A DNA stretch of 64,000 nt from an uncultured Solirubrobacterales bacterium. GTDB lineage: Bacteria > Actinomycetota > Thermoleophilia > Solirubrobacterales > JBBDJG01. The translations under genes and the position numbers were made by a program. Within the stretch, counting starts at the first letter, position 1; each line of letters begins with the position of its first letter. The stretch covers positions 125,464 to 189,463 of the forward strand of contig CAWAUD010000014.1 of assembly GCA_963785085.1 (NCBI GenBank). Reading direction: 5' to 3'. Of this stretch, positions 10,336 to 24,415 are shown in pieces. Below the pieces are notes generated by a model. It ran no database searches. It saw nothing but the letters and a program-made list of their open reading frames with translations, and had not been told where the DNA came from.

Positions 10336-11216
10336 GGGCCCACCTGCGCGTTCGTCCGGCCGCCGCTGGCAGTGGTCAGGACCTCGACGATGTCGAGCTG
10401 ACGCAGATCCGCGTACGGGCGCAGGTGCACGCGCTGATAGAGCTCGCGTTCCTGGCTGTCCACCCGCGTCACGCTCCCGATCGGGATGCCGCGCGGGAAC
10501 AACGACTCGATGCGCGACGAGCGCCATCCCGAGGTGACCACCGTCGCGCCCTTGTTCACCGAGCGGCCCTTCTGGACGAAGTCGAGGATCAGGTCGGAGG
10601 GATTTCCGACCGTGGCCTTGACGAGGCCGTTGGCGCCGTCGGGAACCACCTGGGCCGAGACACCGCTGGTGTGATCGGTGATCAGCGTGACGCGCGCCGC
10701 GTCGGAAGACACGTCGGACACCTTGCCCACGAGGCCGTCGCCGTTCACGACCGGCTGCTCGGCGTGCACGCCCTGGTCGGAGCCCTTGTCGATCGTGATC
10801 GTCGAATACCAGACCGTCGGCGAGCGCCCGATCACGCGAGCTCCGACGTGGTCGTAGCCGGCCGGGAAGGTCGGGGAACGGTTGAAGCCGACCAGCGCGC
10901 GCAGCTGTTCGTCGTCGCGCGTGCCGGTCTGGGCCGCCGCAAGTTCGGAACGCAGCCGCTCGACCTCGTTCTTGAGGTCTTTGTTCTCGGATTTGGCATC
11001 GAAGGCGTCGCCGACCCAGCCGGTCAGGTCACGCGCGGGCTTCAGCGCGCGGCTGGCCCCTTCCTGGAGAGGGGCCATCGCCTCCAGGAAGCCTCGCTGG
11101 ATCGCATGGAGGCCGCCTGACGCGGACTCGCCGAAGTAGGCAGTGAGAAGGGCTATGGAGAGGCCGACGAGCACTGCCAGTACTGCTCGCCGCCTGCGAA
11201 CCGATTTCTTGTACAC
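10332..11216 (-). CDS. mreC: Rod shape-determining protein MreC
   Basis: N-terminal TM, coiled coil, ITIDKGSDQGV, GLVGKV, VVTSG, FPRGIPIG. Confidence 0.95.
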   Translation of the reverse strand: MYKKSVRRRRAVLAVLVGLSIALLTAYFGESASGGLHAIQRGFLEAMAPLQEGASRALKPARDLTGWVGDAFDAKSENKDLKNEVERLRSELAAAQTGTRDDEQLRALVGFNRSPTFPAGYDHVGARVIGRSPTVWYSTITIDKGSDQGVHAEQPVVNGDGLVGKVSDVSSDAARVTLITDHTSGVSAQVVPDGANGLVKATVGNPSDLILDFVQKGRSVNKGATVVTSGWRSSRIESLFPRGIPIGSVTRVDSQERELYQRVHLRPYADLRQLDIVEVLTTASGGRTNAQVGP

Positions 11217-11256
11217 GGAGGTGTATTCCTGACGGAGCTCAAGAGAGCCAAGTTTC

Positions 11257-12324
<1,068 letters not shown>

Positions 12325-12444
12325 TCAGCCTTTGCAGGGAGTTCGAGCGCCGTCTGGCGCTGGCGACCCCCGCGCGTCAGGGTCGTCCGCAGCGGCACAT
12401 GGTACTCAACGGGGGCCTCCATGCCGGAGCACGGCTGCGGTGTT

Positions 12445-12476
12445 GCAGACAGCAGACGGCAGACGGCAGACGGCAG
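12445..12476. repeat. Heptamer tandem array (GCAGACG)x4.5 just downstream of maf
   Basis: gcagaca gcagacg gcagacg gcagacg gcag. Confidence 0.85.
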
Positions 12477-12480
12477 TGCG

Positions 12481-13035
12481 TCAGCCGGTCAGTATTTCGG
12501 GCGCCATCGACAGGAGGAGCGGCACGGGCAATCCGACGACATTCCAGTAGTCGCCGTCGATCTGCTCGACCAGAGCAGCTCCCCTTCCCTGGATCGCGTA
12601 GGCGCCCGCCCGGTCGCGCCATTCCTCCGTCTCCAGGTACCAGTCGAGGGGCCCCCCGCCGAGGTCGCGGAACGTCACGGCCGTGCGTGCCACGCCGGTC
12701 TGCTCGCGGCCACCCCCGATCAGGGCGACACCGCTGAACACCTCGTGCGTGCGGCCGGAAAGCCGCTGCAAATGGTCACGTGCGCGGCCCCAGTCCGCCG
12801 CCTTGCCGAACACCTCGCCGTCCAGGAAGACCTCGGTGTCGACCCCGAGGACGACGGAATCGGGCCGATCCGCCGCGACTCCGCGCGCCTTGCGCAGCGC
12901 GTTCTCGAGCACCACGTCCCGCGGGTCGCCCCGTCAACCTGCTCCTCGAACGTCAGCCGGCACCTGCTCGAACGGAATCCCGAGCATCTCGAGAATCGCC
13001 TTCCGCTGCGGAGAGCGTGAAGCGAGGACCAACAC
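12481..13035 (-). CDS. maf: Maf-family nucleoside triphosphate pyrophosphatase (frameshift near 12935)
   Basis: VLVLASRSPQRKAILEMLGI in the upstream frame; VLGVDTEV, LSGRTHEVFSG, DRAGAYAIQG, NVVGLP. Confidence 0.9.
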
Positions 13036-13070
13036 TCTGCGGTCTGCCGTCTGCGGTCTGCCGTCTGCCG
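13036..13070. repeat. Heptamer tandem array (TCTGC[C/G]G)x5 between ndk and maf; near reverse complement of the 12445-12476 array
   Basis: tctgcgg tctgccg tctgcgg tctgccg tctgccg. Confidence 0.85.
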
Positions 13071-13071
13071 G

Positions 13072-13476
13072 CTACAGCTCCGGAAAGAACAACCCCGCCT
13101 CGCGTGCCGCCGAATCCGCCGAATCCGACCCGTGCACCAGGTTGAACGTGACCTCGGTGGCGAAGTCGCCGCGGATCGAGCCCATCGCGGCCTCGAGCGG
13201 GTTCGTCGCGCCGATCACCTGGCGCGCCGCCTTCACCGCCTCCGTCCCCTCCAGGACCATCGCGACCAGCGGCCCGCGTGTGATGAAGTCGACCAGCTCG
13301 CCGAAGAACGGCTTCTCGGAATGCTCGGCGTAGTGGCGCTGGGCGAGGTCGCGATCGACCTGCATCAGCTTGAGGGCGGCGATCCGCAGCCCCTTTCGCT
13401 CGAAGCGGGCGATCACCTCACCGGTCAGCTGCCGCTCGAAGGCATCGGGCTTCACCAGGATCAGGGTTCGGTCCAT
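13072..13476 (-). CDS. ndk: Nucleoside diphosphate kinase
   Basis: [34 protein letters not shown]. Confidence 0.98.
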   Translation of the reverse strand: MDRTLILVKPDAFERQLTGEVIARFERKGLRIAALKLMQVDRDLAQRHYAEHSEKPFFGELVDFITRGPLVAMVLEGTEAVKAARQVIGATNPLEAAMGSIRGDFATEVTFNLVHGSDSADSAAREAGLFFPEL

Positions 13477-13512
13477 TAGTTGGTCTAACTCCTTCGGAGG
13501 ATGTGGGGCTGG

Positions 13513-14160
13513 CTAGAAGTTGTTCCGGCGCGAGCCCGCCGGGGGCTCGTCGGGCTCGTCGAGGAAGCTCGTCTCGGACTCCATCGTCGGCTCGTCGAGC
13601 ACGACCGGGCTGGGGCCGCCGGTCCGCTCGGCACGTTCAGCGGCGCGCTCGGCGGCCCGCTCCGGGGCGGTGGGCCGCCGGCGCCGGCTCGAGCGCGCGG
13701 GCGCCGGAGCAGAGCGGCTGACGATCTCGGCCTCGCAGAACGGGCACACCCGCCAGGCGGGATCGATCGGCTTGCCGCAGCTGCGGCACGGCTCCTTGAG
13801 CTTCTTCATGCAATGCGGGCAGCGCAGGAAGCTGGCCTCGATCTCGTGGCCACAGCTGTTGCAGATGCGGTTCTCGAGCATCTGGAGCCTGCCCTCCGCG
13901 GCCCGGATCTCGAGCTCACGCTCGTGGGCGTCTTCGAGGAACTCCGGCGGCCGCACGATCACGTAGACGATCGTCCCGATGAACGGGAACAGCGACGCGG
14001 CCGTCGCGCAGGCGATCAGCATCGGGTCTTCGACCCTGCGACTGGCGTCCGCGTAGGTCCAATAGACCAGCGCGAGCCAGATCACGAAGAGAAAGAAGAC
14101 CAGCAGGTTGACGACCAGGTTGAGGCCGTCGTTCTGGATGCCAAATAGGGCGAGCGTCAT
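13513..14160 (-). CDS. Membrane protein with double zinc-ribbon domain
   Basis: Two N-terminal TM helices (WTYADA..R, VIVRPPE) then CNSC/CPHC/CRSC/CPFC. Confidence 0.85.
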   Translation of the reverse strand: MTLALFGIQNDGLNLVVNLLVFFLFVIWLALVYWTYADASRRVEDPMLIACATAASLFPFIGTIVYVIVRPPEFLEDAHERELEIRAAEGRLQMLENRICNSCGHEIEASFLRCPHCMKKLKEPCRSCGKPIDPAWRVCPFCEAEIVSRSAPAPARSSRRRRPTAPERAAERAAERAERTGGPSPVVLDEPTMESETSFLDEPDEPPAGSRRNNF

Positions 14161-14271
14161 CGGATTCCTGTCCGCAGGGGAAGTCTAGGGCAGCAGGTGA
14201 CTCCATCATTCGCCACCGGGCCCGAACAGCCTGCCGCGAGAGCAATTCCACAACGCGCGCAATCACTCATC

Positions 14272-14376
14272 TCAGAGCAGTATCCGCCCCAGCACGTAGC
14301 CAACCGTGAAGAACAGCAGGATGACGGTCGCGACCACCAGCGCGACGAGGCCGAGCATCCGCAGGTGATCCGTCAT
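14272..14376 (-). CDS. 34-aa single-pass membrane micropeptide
   Basis: MTDHLRMLGLVALVVATVILLFFTVGYVLGRILL*; ATG overlaps the folC stop (ATGA); below ORF-track cutoff. Confidence 0.7.
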   Translation of the reverse strand: MTDHLRMLGLVALVVATVILLFFTVGYVLGRILL

Positions 14377-15697
14377 GCCCGTCTGTTCGAGCGCCGCTCG
14401 GCGCCCCCTTCACGGATCAGCTGCGACAGCAGGTACAGCGAGCCGGTGACCAGCACGGCGCCGTCCGGGCCGGCCTGGCGGATTGCTTGCGCGAGCGCCT
14501 CTGCGGGCTCGGGCACGATCTGCGCCGGCCCTCCTTCGAGCTGACTCCAGAGACTTGCGAGGGTTGCCGGAGGGAGTGCACCCTGCCGCGACGCGCGTGT
14601 GAAGATCGCACCCGACGTGACCGGCACGAGCGCCGCGAGGATCCCGGCTGCGTCCTTGTCGTCCATGATCGACACGACCGCGACCGGCCGGCGGCCGCCG
14701 GTTGCATCCAGAAGCGAGGCGCCGAGGGCCCGCGCGCCGCTCGGGTTGTGCGCTCCGTCGAGCATCACCAGCGGCCCTTGGGAGATCACCTCCATCCGGC
14801 CGGGCAGGACCAGGCCCGCGGCGGCGTTCCGCACCCTTTCGGCGTCCAGCGATCCACGCCCCATGCCGGCGAGCAGAGACTCGGCGGCGGCCACGGCGAG
14901 CGCGAAGTTCGCGCGCTGGAAGGTGCCCAGCGGCGCCAGCCGGATGTCGTCGAAGCGCCCTCCCGGCGTCTCGACCGTCAGAGCGTCGCCGTGGTCCCGG
15001 AGTTGCACCTCCACCCCCAGTCGCACGAGCGGCACCTGATGCTCGGCGGCGACCCGGCGGGCGACTTCTGCTGCCTCGTCGCCGAGCCTGCCCGTGACGA
15101 GCACCGATCCGGGTCGCACGACGGCGAGCTTCTCCTCGGCGATGTGGCGCTCGGTCGGTCCGAGCCAGCGCGTGTGCTCGAGGCCGACGTTGGTGAGCAC
15201 ATGCACGCTCGCCGCGATGACACTGGTGGCGTCGTAGCGGCCGCCAAGCCCGGCCTCGATCACCGCCGCCTCCACACCCGCGCGCGCGAGCTCCGAGTAG
15301 GCGGCGGCGGTGAGGGCCTCGAACTGGGTCACGCGGTCGCCTTCCTCGAGGGTGCGGTCGACCAGTGCCGCGGCCCGCGCGGCCGCGTCCGACGGCCGCC
15401 GCGAAGTCGGCATCGCTCACCTGGTCGGCCCTCCACCTCGACGCGCTCGGCGAAGGAGCGCAGGTGCGGCGAGAGGTAGGCGCCCGAGCGGACGCCGTGC
15501 GCCTGCAACAGAGCGGCGGTCATGCGCGCGGTCGAGGACTTGCCGTTGGTCCCGAGGACCTGCGCCGAGCGAAAGCTCTCCTGCGGGGAGCCGAGCGCGG
15601 TCATCAGGCGCCGCATCCGCTCCAGCCCGAAGCGCATGCCGAACATCTCCAGCGACAGCAGCCACTGCGCGGCCTGCTCCGGCGTGAAGGAGGTCAC
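14373..15697 (-). CDS. folC: Folylpolyglutamate synthase/dihydrofolate synthase (frameshift near 15418)
   Basis: GTNGKSS, YLSPHL, EAGLGGRYDAT, PGRME, LDGAHNP, VTGSLYL. Confidence 0.93.
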
Positions 15698-18342
15698 TCG
15701 AGCCGGCTCTGGATCTCTGCCCGCTCGCGCTCGTAGCGCTCGAGCTTGTCCCGCTCGGCCTGGACGACGTCGGCGGGCGCCTTTGCCGTGAAGCCCTGGT
15801 TGGCCAGCTTCCCCCGTGCCCGCGCGATCTCCGAGTCGAGCCGCTTCAGGTCCTCCGCGAGCTGGGCTCGCGCCGCCTCCGAGTCGGCTCCGTCGAGCAA
15901 CTCGACCCGCGCGCCCTCGAGGACGACCGCTGCTGCCTCGCCATTCGAGGAGGCGTCGGCGAGCTCCAGCTCGTACCGCGCCAGGCGCCCGATCGTCGGC
16001 AGCGGCCTCGGCATAGACGCCACGCCAGAGGGCGTCGTCGGCGATCAGCCGTGCCCGACACGACCTCCCCGGCCGGCACGCCGACGGAGTCGCGGTAGTT
16101 GCGAAGGCGCCGCACCGCCTCGATCACGGTCTCGACCTGCCGCTCTGCCTGCTCGTCGATCAGCTCGTGGCGGGGACGCGGGTATTCGCGCACCGCGAGG
16201 TCACCCTCGGCGCCCGGGACGAACGACCGGATCTCCTCGGTGACGAACGGGATGAACGGGTGCGCCAGCGCGAGGGTCTCCTCCAGCACATAGAGGAGCG
16301 TTGCGGAAAGAGAGCATGGCCGCCATCCGGCAAGCCGGATGACGGTCTTCGGAGGTCCCGTACAGGCGCGGCTTGACCATCTCCAGGTACCAGTCGCACA
16401 GCTCGCTCCAGAAGAACGAGTAGAGCTCCTGCGCCGCGTGGGCGAAGTCGTAGCGATCGACCAGCCCGGTGATCTGCTCGATCGCGCGCTGCAGCCGCGT
16501 CAGGATCCAGCGGTCCTCGGCGGTCACCGGCCGCGGCGCCGGCTCGGCGCCGGCCACGTTCAGCAGGACCAGGCGCGACGCGTTCCACATCTTGTTCGCG
16601 AGCTGCTGCCCCTGCTGGACCTTCTCGTGCGAGTAGCGGACGTCCTGCGAGGAGGCCATCGCGAGCAGCCCGAAGCGCACGGCGTCGGCTCCGTGAGCGC
16701 CGATCTCGTCGAGGGGGTCGATGCCGGTCCCGAGCGACTTCGACATGCGGCGGCCGTCGGGCGCCTGGATGATCGGCGTGATGTAGACGTCCTCGAAGGG
16801 CTCGCGTTCCACGAAGGTCGACGCCCATCATCACCATGCGGGCGACCCAGAGGAAGATGATGTCCCGCGCGGTCGACGAGCACGTCGGTCGGGTAGAACG
16901 CGCGCAGCGCGCTGCGTGTCGTCCGGCCAGCCGAGCGTCGCGAACGGCCATAGCGCCGACGAGAACCACGTGTCGAGCACGTCCTCGTCGCGGCGCAGCG
17001 GGCCCTCGCATGCGCCACAGCGCACGGGCTCCTCCAGGGAGACGATGGTCTCGTCGCACTCGTCGCAGTACCAGACCGGCAGACGGTGCCCCCACCAGAG
17101 CTGGCGCGAGATGCACCAGGGCCTGATGTTCTCGAGCCAGTCGAGGTACACCTTGGCCCAGCGCTCGGGATGGAACTTGACCTTCCCGGACGTGACAGCC
17201 TCGATCGCCGGACGGGCCAGCTCCTCCATCCGCATGAACCACTGGAGCGAGATCAGCGGCTCGATCCGCTCGCCCGAGCGGTGCGAGAAGGGCACGGTGT
17301 GCGTGTAGGGCTCCTGCTTGGAGATCCGCCCCTCCTTCTCGAGCGCCTCGACGACCTTCTTCTGTGCGTCCGCCGCCGTGAGACCGGCAAAGCGTCCCGC
17401 GGCCTCTGTCATCAGGCCCTCCTCGCCGATGACGGAGATCTCCTCGAGCCCGTGACGGCGCCCGATCTCGAAGTCGTTGGGGTCGTGCCCGGGAGTGATC
17501 TTCAGTGCGCCGGTGCCGAACTCCGGCTTGACGTACTCGTCGGCGATCACCTTCAGGTGGCGCCCGACCAGTGGCAGGACCACCTCGCGGCCGATCAGGC
17601 CCGAGTAGCGCTCGTCGTGCGGGTTGACCGCGACCGCCGTGTCGGCCAGCATCGTCTCCGGCCGTACCGTCGCGACGGTGATGACGCCGTCGCCGTCGGC
17701 GAGCGGATAGTCGATGTAGTAGAGCGTGTCGGTGACCTCGCGGTCCTCGACCTCGAGATCGGAGATCGCCGACCGCGTTCCGGGATCCCAGTTGACCATG
17801 TAGTTGTCCCGGTAGATCAGGCCCTTGTCGTAGAGCGTCTTGAAGACCCGAACGACGGCGCGCACGTAGCCCTCGTCGAGCGTGAAGCGCTCGTCCTCGT
17901 AGTCGCATGAGGCGCCCAGGCGCTGGAACTGGGTGACGATCGTGCGCCCGTACTCCTCGCGCCACTGCCAGACGCGGCGCTCGAACTCCTCCCGGCCGAT
18001 CAGCTCCTTCGACTTGCCGTCGCGCTCCAGCTGCCGCTCGACCTGGGTCTGGGTCGCGATGCCGGCGTGGTCGGTCCCGAAGATCCACTTGGTGCGAACG
18101 CCCCGCATGCGGTGCATCCGGATCAGGACGTCCTGGATCGAGGCATTCAGCGCGTGGCCCATGTGGAGCACGCCCGTGATGTTGGGCGGCGGAATCGCGA
18201 TCGAGTAGTTCTCGTCCGCAGTTCCCTCCGGCTCGGCGTGGAAGTAGCCCGCCGCGAGCCAGCGCTCGAGGACGCGCGGCTCGACCTCCGCGGGCTCGTA
18301 GCGCGTGCGATCTCTCAGCGTCTGCTGGCGGTCCACTGCCAT
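15694..18342 (-). CDS. valS: Valine--tRNA ligase (several frameshifts)
   Basis: PPPNITGVLHMGH, DHAGIATQ, WCISRQLWWGH, DVLDTWFSSALWP, RMSKSLG, C-terminal coiled coil (KLANQGF..KAP). Confidence 0.95.
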
Positions 18343-18367
18343 GCGGCGGAGTCTAAAACCCGACTAT

Positions 18368-19184
18368 TCAGGCAGACGGCAGCTGCGCGCTCGCGAGCGG
18401 CAGACCGGGAACTTCCGCCCGCCCGCGTAGGAGGACACCGCCGCCTGCGACCCCCGTGACATAGAGGTCGCGCATGTCCTCGCCGCCGAAGCAGAGGCTG
18501 GTGACGAAGTCGGCGGGCGCCTCGATCATGCGGTCCAGGGCGCCATCGGCAGCGAACCGGGCGATCCCGCCCTCGCCGAGAGCGACGAGCACGCCGCCTC
18601 CCTGGTCCACGGCGAGTCCGTCGCACGAGCCCGCCGGGGCGGCCGCGAAGACGCGCCGCCCGGAGAGGCCTCCGTCGTCGCCGACGTCCCAGGCGAGCAC
18701 GTGCGAGTGCGCGTAGTCGCTCGCGTAGATCGTTGCGCCATCCGGCGAGAACCCGATGCCGTTGGGCCAGTCGATCTCGCGCGCCACCTCACGCGGCTCG
18801 GGCAGGTCGCCGCCGAGCGCCCACATTCCGCCCGGCACGGGATCCTCTCCCTTGAACGGATGGAAACGCAGCACGCCCGCGTACACACGCCCGCGCGAAT
18901 CGGTGCTGAAGTCGTTGAACCCCGTGGCGCCGTCGACCTCGAGGAGCGTGCGCGTCTCGCCGCCCTCGAGCAGCACGAGCTCCCGGCCCCCGACGACCAG
19001 CCCGCCGCCCTCGGCGACGGCCATCCCACCGATGCCGCGCCGGCGGTCGAGCAGCGTGTCCACGGTCCCGTCCGGCGACCACCGGTGGACTCCCCCGCCG
19101 AGCACGTCGCTGAACGCAACGCGAGCCGTCGGGCAGCACGACCGGCGCCTCGGGAAAGTTGAAGCCGGAAGCGAGGGTCTCCAC
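18368..19184 (-). CDS. SMP-30/gluconolactonase/LRE family protein (frameshift near 19118)
   Basis: METLASGFNFPEAP; FND..DSRGRVY; WPNGIGFSPDG; CDGLAVD; TSLCFGGEDMRDLYVT. Confidence 0.85.
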
Positions 19185-19194
19185 GGGCGGGAGA

Positions 19195-19206
19195 CTAAGC
19201 GGACTT
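19195..19206. repeat. 12-bp copy of the clpX 3' end (ctaagcggactt), direct repeat of 20792-20803
   Basis: Exact match to the complement of clpX AAG TCC GCT TAG. Confidence 0.75.
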
Positions 19207-19209
19207 GGC

Positions 19210-20680
19210 CTAGTACTGCGTCTGGCCCGCGATCGCGCGGTACTGCATGTCGCTCGGCTGGATGCTGCTCAGGCCGGTCTTCGTTACGTCGGCCTCGTCC
19301 CATTCCGCCTGGGTCCAGGTGGACGCGTCCGTGTCGAGCTCGAACCCGCCGTGGCGGTCGACCAGGTAGCACCCGTAGTCCATCAGCGCGTGGATGATGT
19401 TCAGCTCGCCCGTGGTCCACGGCTGGCCCCGCGTCGGGTTCGTCGGGTGATTGGTCAGGAAGTTCGAGCGCAACGTGTAGAGCTCGCCGTACCGGCTCCC
19501 GCCCGAGGCCAGACCTCCGTCGCTGTTGGTGGCCGGCGGGTAGAGGTATCTCGTGCTCACGTCCGAGCTGCCGGTCGCGTCGGTGATCGTGCACCCGATC
19601 GCGTGGTCGATCCCGTTGACCGCCTCTTCACCGCGGATGACAGTGCTGACCAGGGGAGTGCCTGAACCGCGGGCGGACCGGTCCGGGCAGCAGGTGGGAG
19701 CCGCGGCATTGCCGGCGTTGGCCACCCCGTCTCCGGTGAGGTCCCATCTCGCCACCACTCCGTCGGTTCCCACCCCGTATCCGACGGTCGGTCCACACGG
19801 TGTGCCCGCGACGACGCACCGCCACCATTCATAGGAGAAGGTGCCCGCGGAGTTCGTGACGGCCAGGTGACCATCCGAGCCGGTCGCCGCGGCACAGGGG
19901 CTCGCCAACCTTATGGGTTGGTCCGCATAGGCGATGTTGCCCTTGACGAAGCTCTGGGCAGGGCCCGTAGCCGAGACGGCGCCGGACTGGTCGGACTCCC
20001 CGAAGCAGATCGGTTTGTTGAAGGGCCGATCCTGCATGCAACCGGAGCCGGGCGGGCAGCCGCCCACGTCCAGGCCCGACTGCCCCGAGGCCAACCACGC
20101 TCCGGTGCCGCTCTGGATGCCCGTCTGAGAGCCGGGCGGGAGATGCGATGTCGTCAGCCGTCTTGTTCCAAAGCGAGTCCGGGCTGAAGGGCCGCCAGAC
20201 GTAGAACTCGATGTCGTCCAGCCGCACCTGCTTGGTGCAGGCCCCCGTTCCGCCGGACTGCGTTGCCGCGACGATCGTGTAGGCGGAGCCCGTTCCCGTT
20301 TGGTCGACGACGAACGCGGGCGTCGTGTACCAGGTCCAGTTCGCCGTCAGCTCCTGGCTGAAGACCGTGCCGGCGTTCCCCACCAGGACGTCCAGATGCG
20401 CGTATGTCCCGTCCTGGCATCCGTTCGAGCGGGCGCGGATGCGCAGCCAGCCGGCGTTCTTGACCTTCGCCCAGGAGTAGGCAGTGCCGTCCCTCTGGAA
20501 AATCGTGTAGCCGGTCCCGGAGAACCCGGACGATGCAAAGTCCTCCGTCTTGGTGGTGGAGTCGGTCATGCCCTCGCCCTCGACCTTGAGGTAGGGCGCC
20601 GCCCCGGCATTGCCGGCAAGCACCAACAGAGCCAAGATCGTTGGCACTAGTAGACGTGCGATAGCGCTGATAGCTGACAA
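19210..20680 (-). CDS. Secreted protein: signal peptide, beta-rich CBM-like domain, uncharacterised Cys-rich C-terminal domain (frameshift near 20125)
   Basis: LLVPTILALLVLAGNAGA signal; VEGEGM...VRLDDIEF; RPFSPDSLWNK; GIDHAIG; ALMDYGCYLVDRHG; joins ORFs 19829-20680 and 19210-20094. Confidence 0.7.
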
Positions 20681-20764
20681 CCCCTGCCAGGGGTGCGTGG
20701 GTCGCCTTACAAGGCGAACACGTCAGGGTATGCGCGCCCCTAGCGCGTTGTCAAGCAGCCGGGT

Positions 20765-20791
20765 TAAGAGCCGGCGTCTAAGAGCCGGCGT

Positions 20792-20796
<5 letters not shown>
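20765..20796. repeat. 14-bp tandem duplication (taagagccggcgtc)x2 abutting the clpX stop
   Basis: taagagccggcgtc taagagccggcgtc taag. Confidence 0.85.
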
Positions 20797-22112
<1,316 letters not shown>

Positions 22113-22262
22113 CTAGCGCTCCTCCCAGATACGCCGCCTCTTACTCTAGGCGCTCGACGCGGTTCTGTCGCGTCCTTCAACGGGAAGGGCGCCGGACCCC
22201 TGCATGGATCGGCGAACGGCGAGTCGGACAGAACTGTCCAGCGGACGCCTGCCGAACAGCCC

Positions 22263-22846
22263 TCAGTGCTCGGAGATCACCCGATCGATGATGTTGTACT
22301 CCTGCGCCTCCTCGGCGCTCATGAAGTAGTCACGATCGGTGTCGCCGGAGACCTTCTCCAGGGGCTGCTTGGTGTGCTTGGCGATGATCTCGTCGAGCTT
22401 GCGGCGGATGTCGATGATCTCGCGCGCGTGGATCTCGATGTCGGCCGCCTGGCCGGAGAACCCGCCCGACACCTGGTGGATCAGGATCTTGGCGTTCGGC
22501 AGCGCCATGCGCTTGCCTTCCGCGCCGCCCGCCAGCAGGAGCGCGCCCATGCTCATCGCGACGCCGACGCAGATGGTCTGCACGTCGGGCTTGATGAACT
22601 GCATCGTGTCGTAGATCGCCAGGCCGGCGTAGACGCTTCCCCCGGCGAGTTGATGTAGAGGCTGATGTCCTTGTCGGGATCCTCCGACTCGAGGTGCAGC
22701 AGCTGCGCCACGACGAGGTTCGCGATGTCGTCGTTGATCGGTGTGCCCAGGAAGACGATGCGCTCGTTGAGCAGGCGCGAGTAGATGTCGAACGCGCGCT
22801 CGCCGCGCGAGGTCTGCTCCACGACCATTGGGACTAGAGGGCTCAT
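22263..22846 (-). CDS. clpP: ATP-dependent Clp protease proteolytic subunit (frameshift near 22640)
   Basis: [45 protein letters not shown]. Confidence 0.96.
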
Positions 22847-22965
22847 GTCACCTTTCCACGTCGGGTTCCGGGGGGTGCGGGAAGCCCTGAATACCGGCAA
22901 TCCCGCCGCCTGGCGGAGAATAGCAACGGCCTAATTGCGCCCCGGCGCGTAGATTCCTGCCCGGG

Positions 22966-24373
22966 CTAGCCGTCGGCCGGCTTCTCGGAGCCTGGAGTCC
23001 AGAGCTGCGCGGAACCCTCTTCCTCGCGCTGCTTGTCGGGCGTCCAGATGTCCTCGCGCGCCTTGGCCGTGTCCGCATCGATCGCCTGCGCGCTCTCGGT
23101 GAGCAGGTCGAGCGCCTTCCGCAGCCGCAGGTCGCGGCGCAGCGGGATGTCGCGGCCGTTGCGCTCGAGGCGTTCCAGCAGCTTCTGCGGCTTCGACTTC
23201 TCGCGCTCGGCCGCGCGGCCGAGCGCCTCCAGCAGCTCCTCGTCGGTGACCTCGATGCCCTCGGCGTCCGCGACGGCCTCCAGGACGCTCTCGCGTGCGA
23301 GCTGGCGCCCCGCGTCCTCGCGGGTCTCGTCGATCATCTCCTCGCGGGTCTTCCCGGTGGCCTCCAGGTAGGTGTCCGGGTCAAGGCCCTGGTGCTGGAG
23401 CGCGTGCGCCGTCCGGTCCCACATCTCCTCGGCGCGAGCGCTGACGAGGTCGTCGGGCAGGTCGACCTCGGCCTTGGCCACCGCCGCGTCGAGCACGGAT
23501 TCCCGGAACTCGTCCTCGATCGAATGCTCCTGCGCGTGGCGCAGCTTGTGCTCGATGTCGGCACGCAGCTCGTCGACGGTGTCGAAGTCACTCGCCTCGG
23601 CCGCGAAGTCGTCGTCGAGCGTCGGGCAGCTGCTTTTCCTGGACGTCCTTGACCTCGACCTCGAACTCTGCGTCTTTCCCCGCCAGGTCCTCGGCGCGGT
23701 AGTCCTCCGGGAAGGAGATGGCGACAGTGCGGGTCTCCCCCTTGCCGGCGCCCATCAGCTGCTCCTCGAAGCCTTCGACCAGCTGGCCGGAGCCGAGCTC
23801 CAGCATGTAGTCGCGCGCCGTGCCGCCCTCGAAGGGCTCGCCGTCGATGCGGCCGGTGAAGTCGACCACGGCGAGGTCGCCGGATGCCAGCGGGCGGTCG
23901 ACGCTCTCGACCCGGGCGAGCGGCTCGCGCAGGCGCTCGAGCTCCTGGTCGACGGCCTCGGCCGGGACCTCCGGCTCGCGCCGGCCAACCTCCAGGCCCT
24001 TGTAGTCGCCGAGCCTCGCCTTCGGAGTGACACCGACTTCGATCGTGAACCGGAGCGGCTCGTCGGTGCCGGGCATCTCGTCCATGTCGAGCTTCGGCTC
24101 GCCGATGGAGGACACGCCGGAGCGCATCAGCGCTTCCTCGTACCACTCGGGCAGGGAATCGCGCACGGCCTGCTCGAGCACGGCCTCGCGCCCCATGCGC
24201 TGGATCACCATCGGAGCCGGCACCTTCCCCTTGCGGAAGCCGGGGATGCGCAGCTCCTGGCCGATCTGCTGTGCGGCGCGTTGTACGCGCGACTCGACCT
24301 CCACGCCGGGCACCTCTGCGTCGAGGCGCACCCGGGAGTCCGAGAGCTCGGTGACCTTTGTGGTGACAGCCAT
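22966..24373 (-). CDS. tig: Trigger factor (frameshift near 23620)
   Basis: IPGFRKGKVP; FKBP-like VDFTGRIDGEPFEGG...FPEDY; upstream of clpP. Confidence 0.95.
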
Positions 24374-24415
24374 TGGAAGTGGGCCGCAGGCGGGGAAGAA
24401 GGTAGCCTGCGGGCC

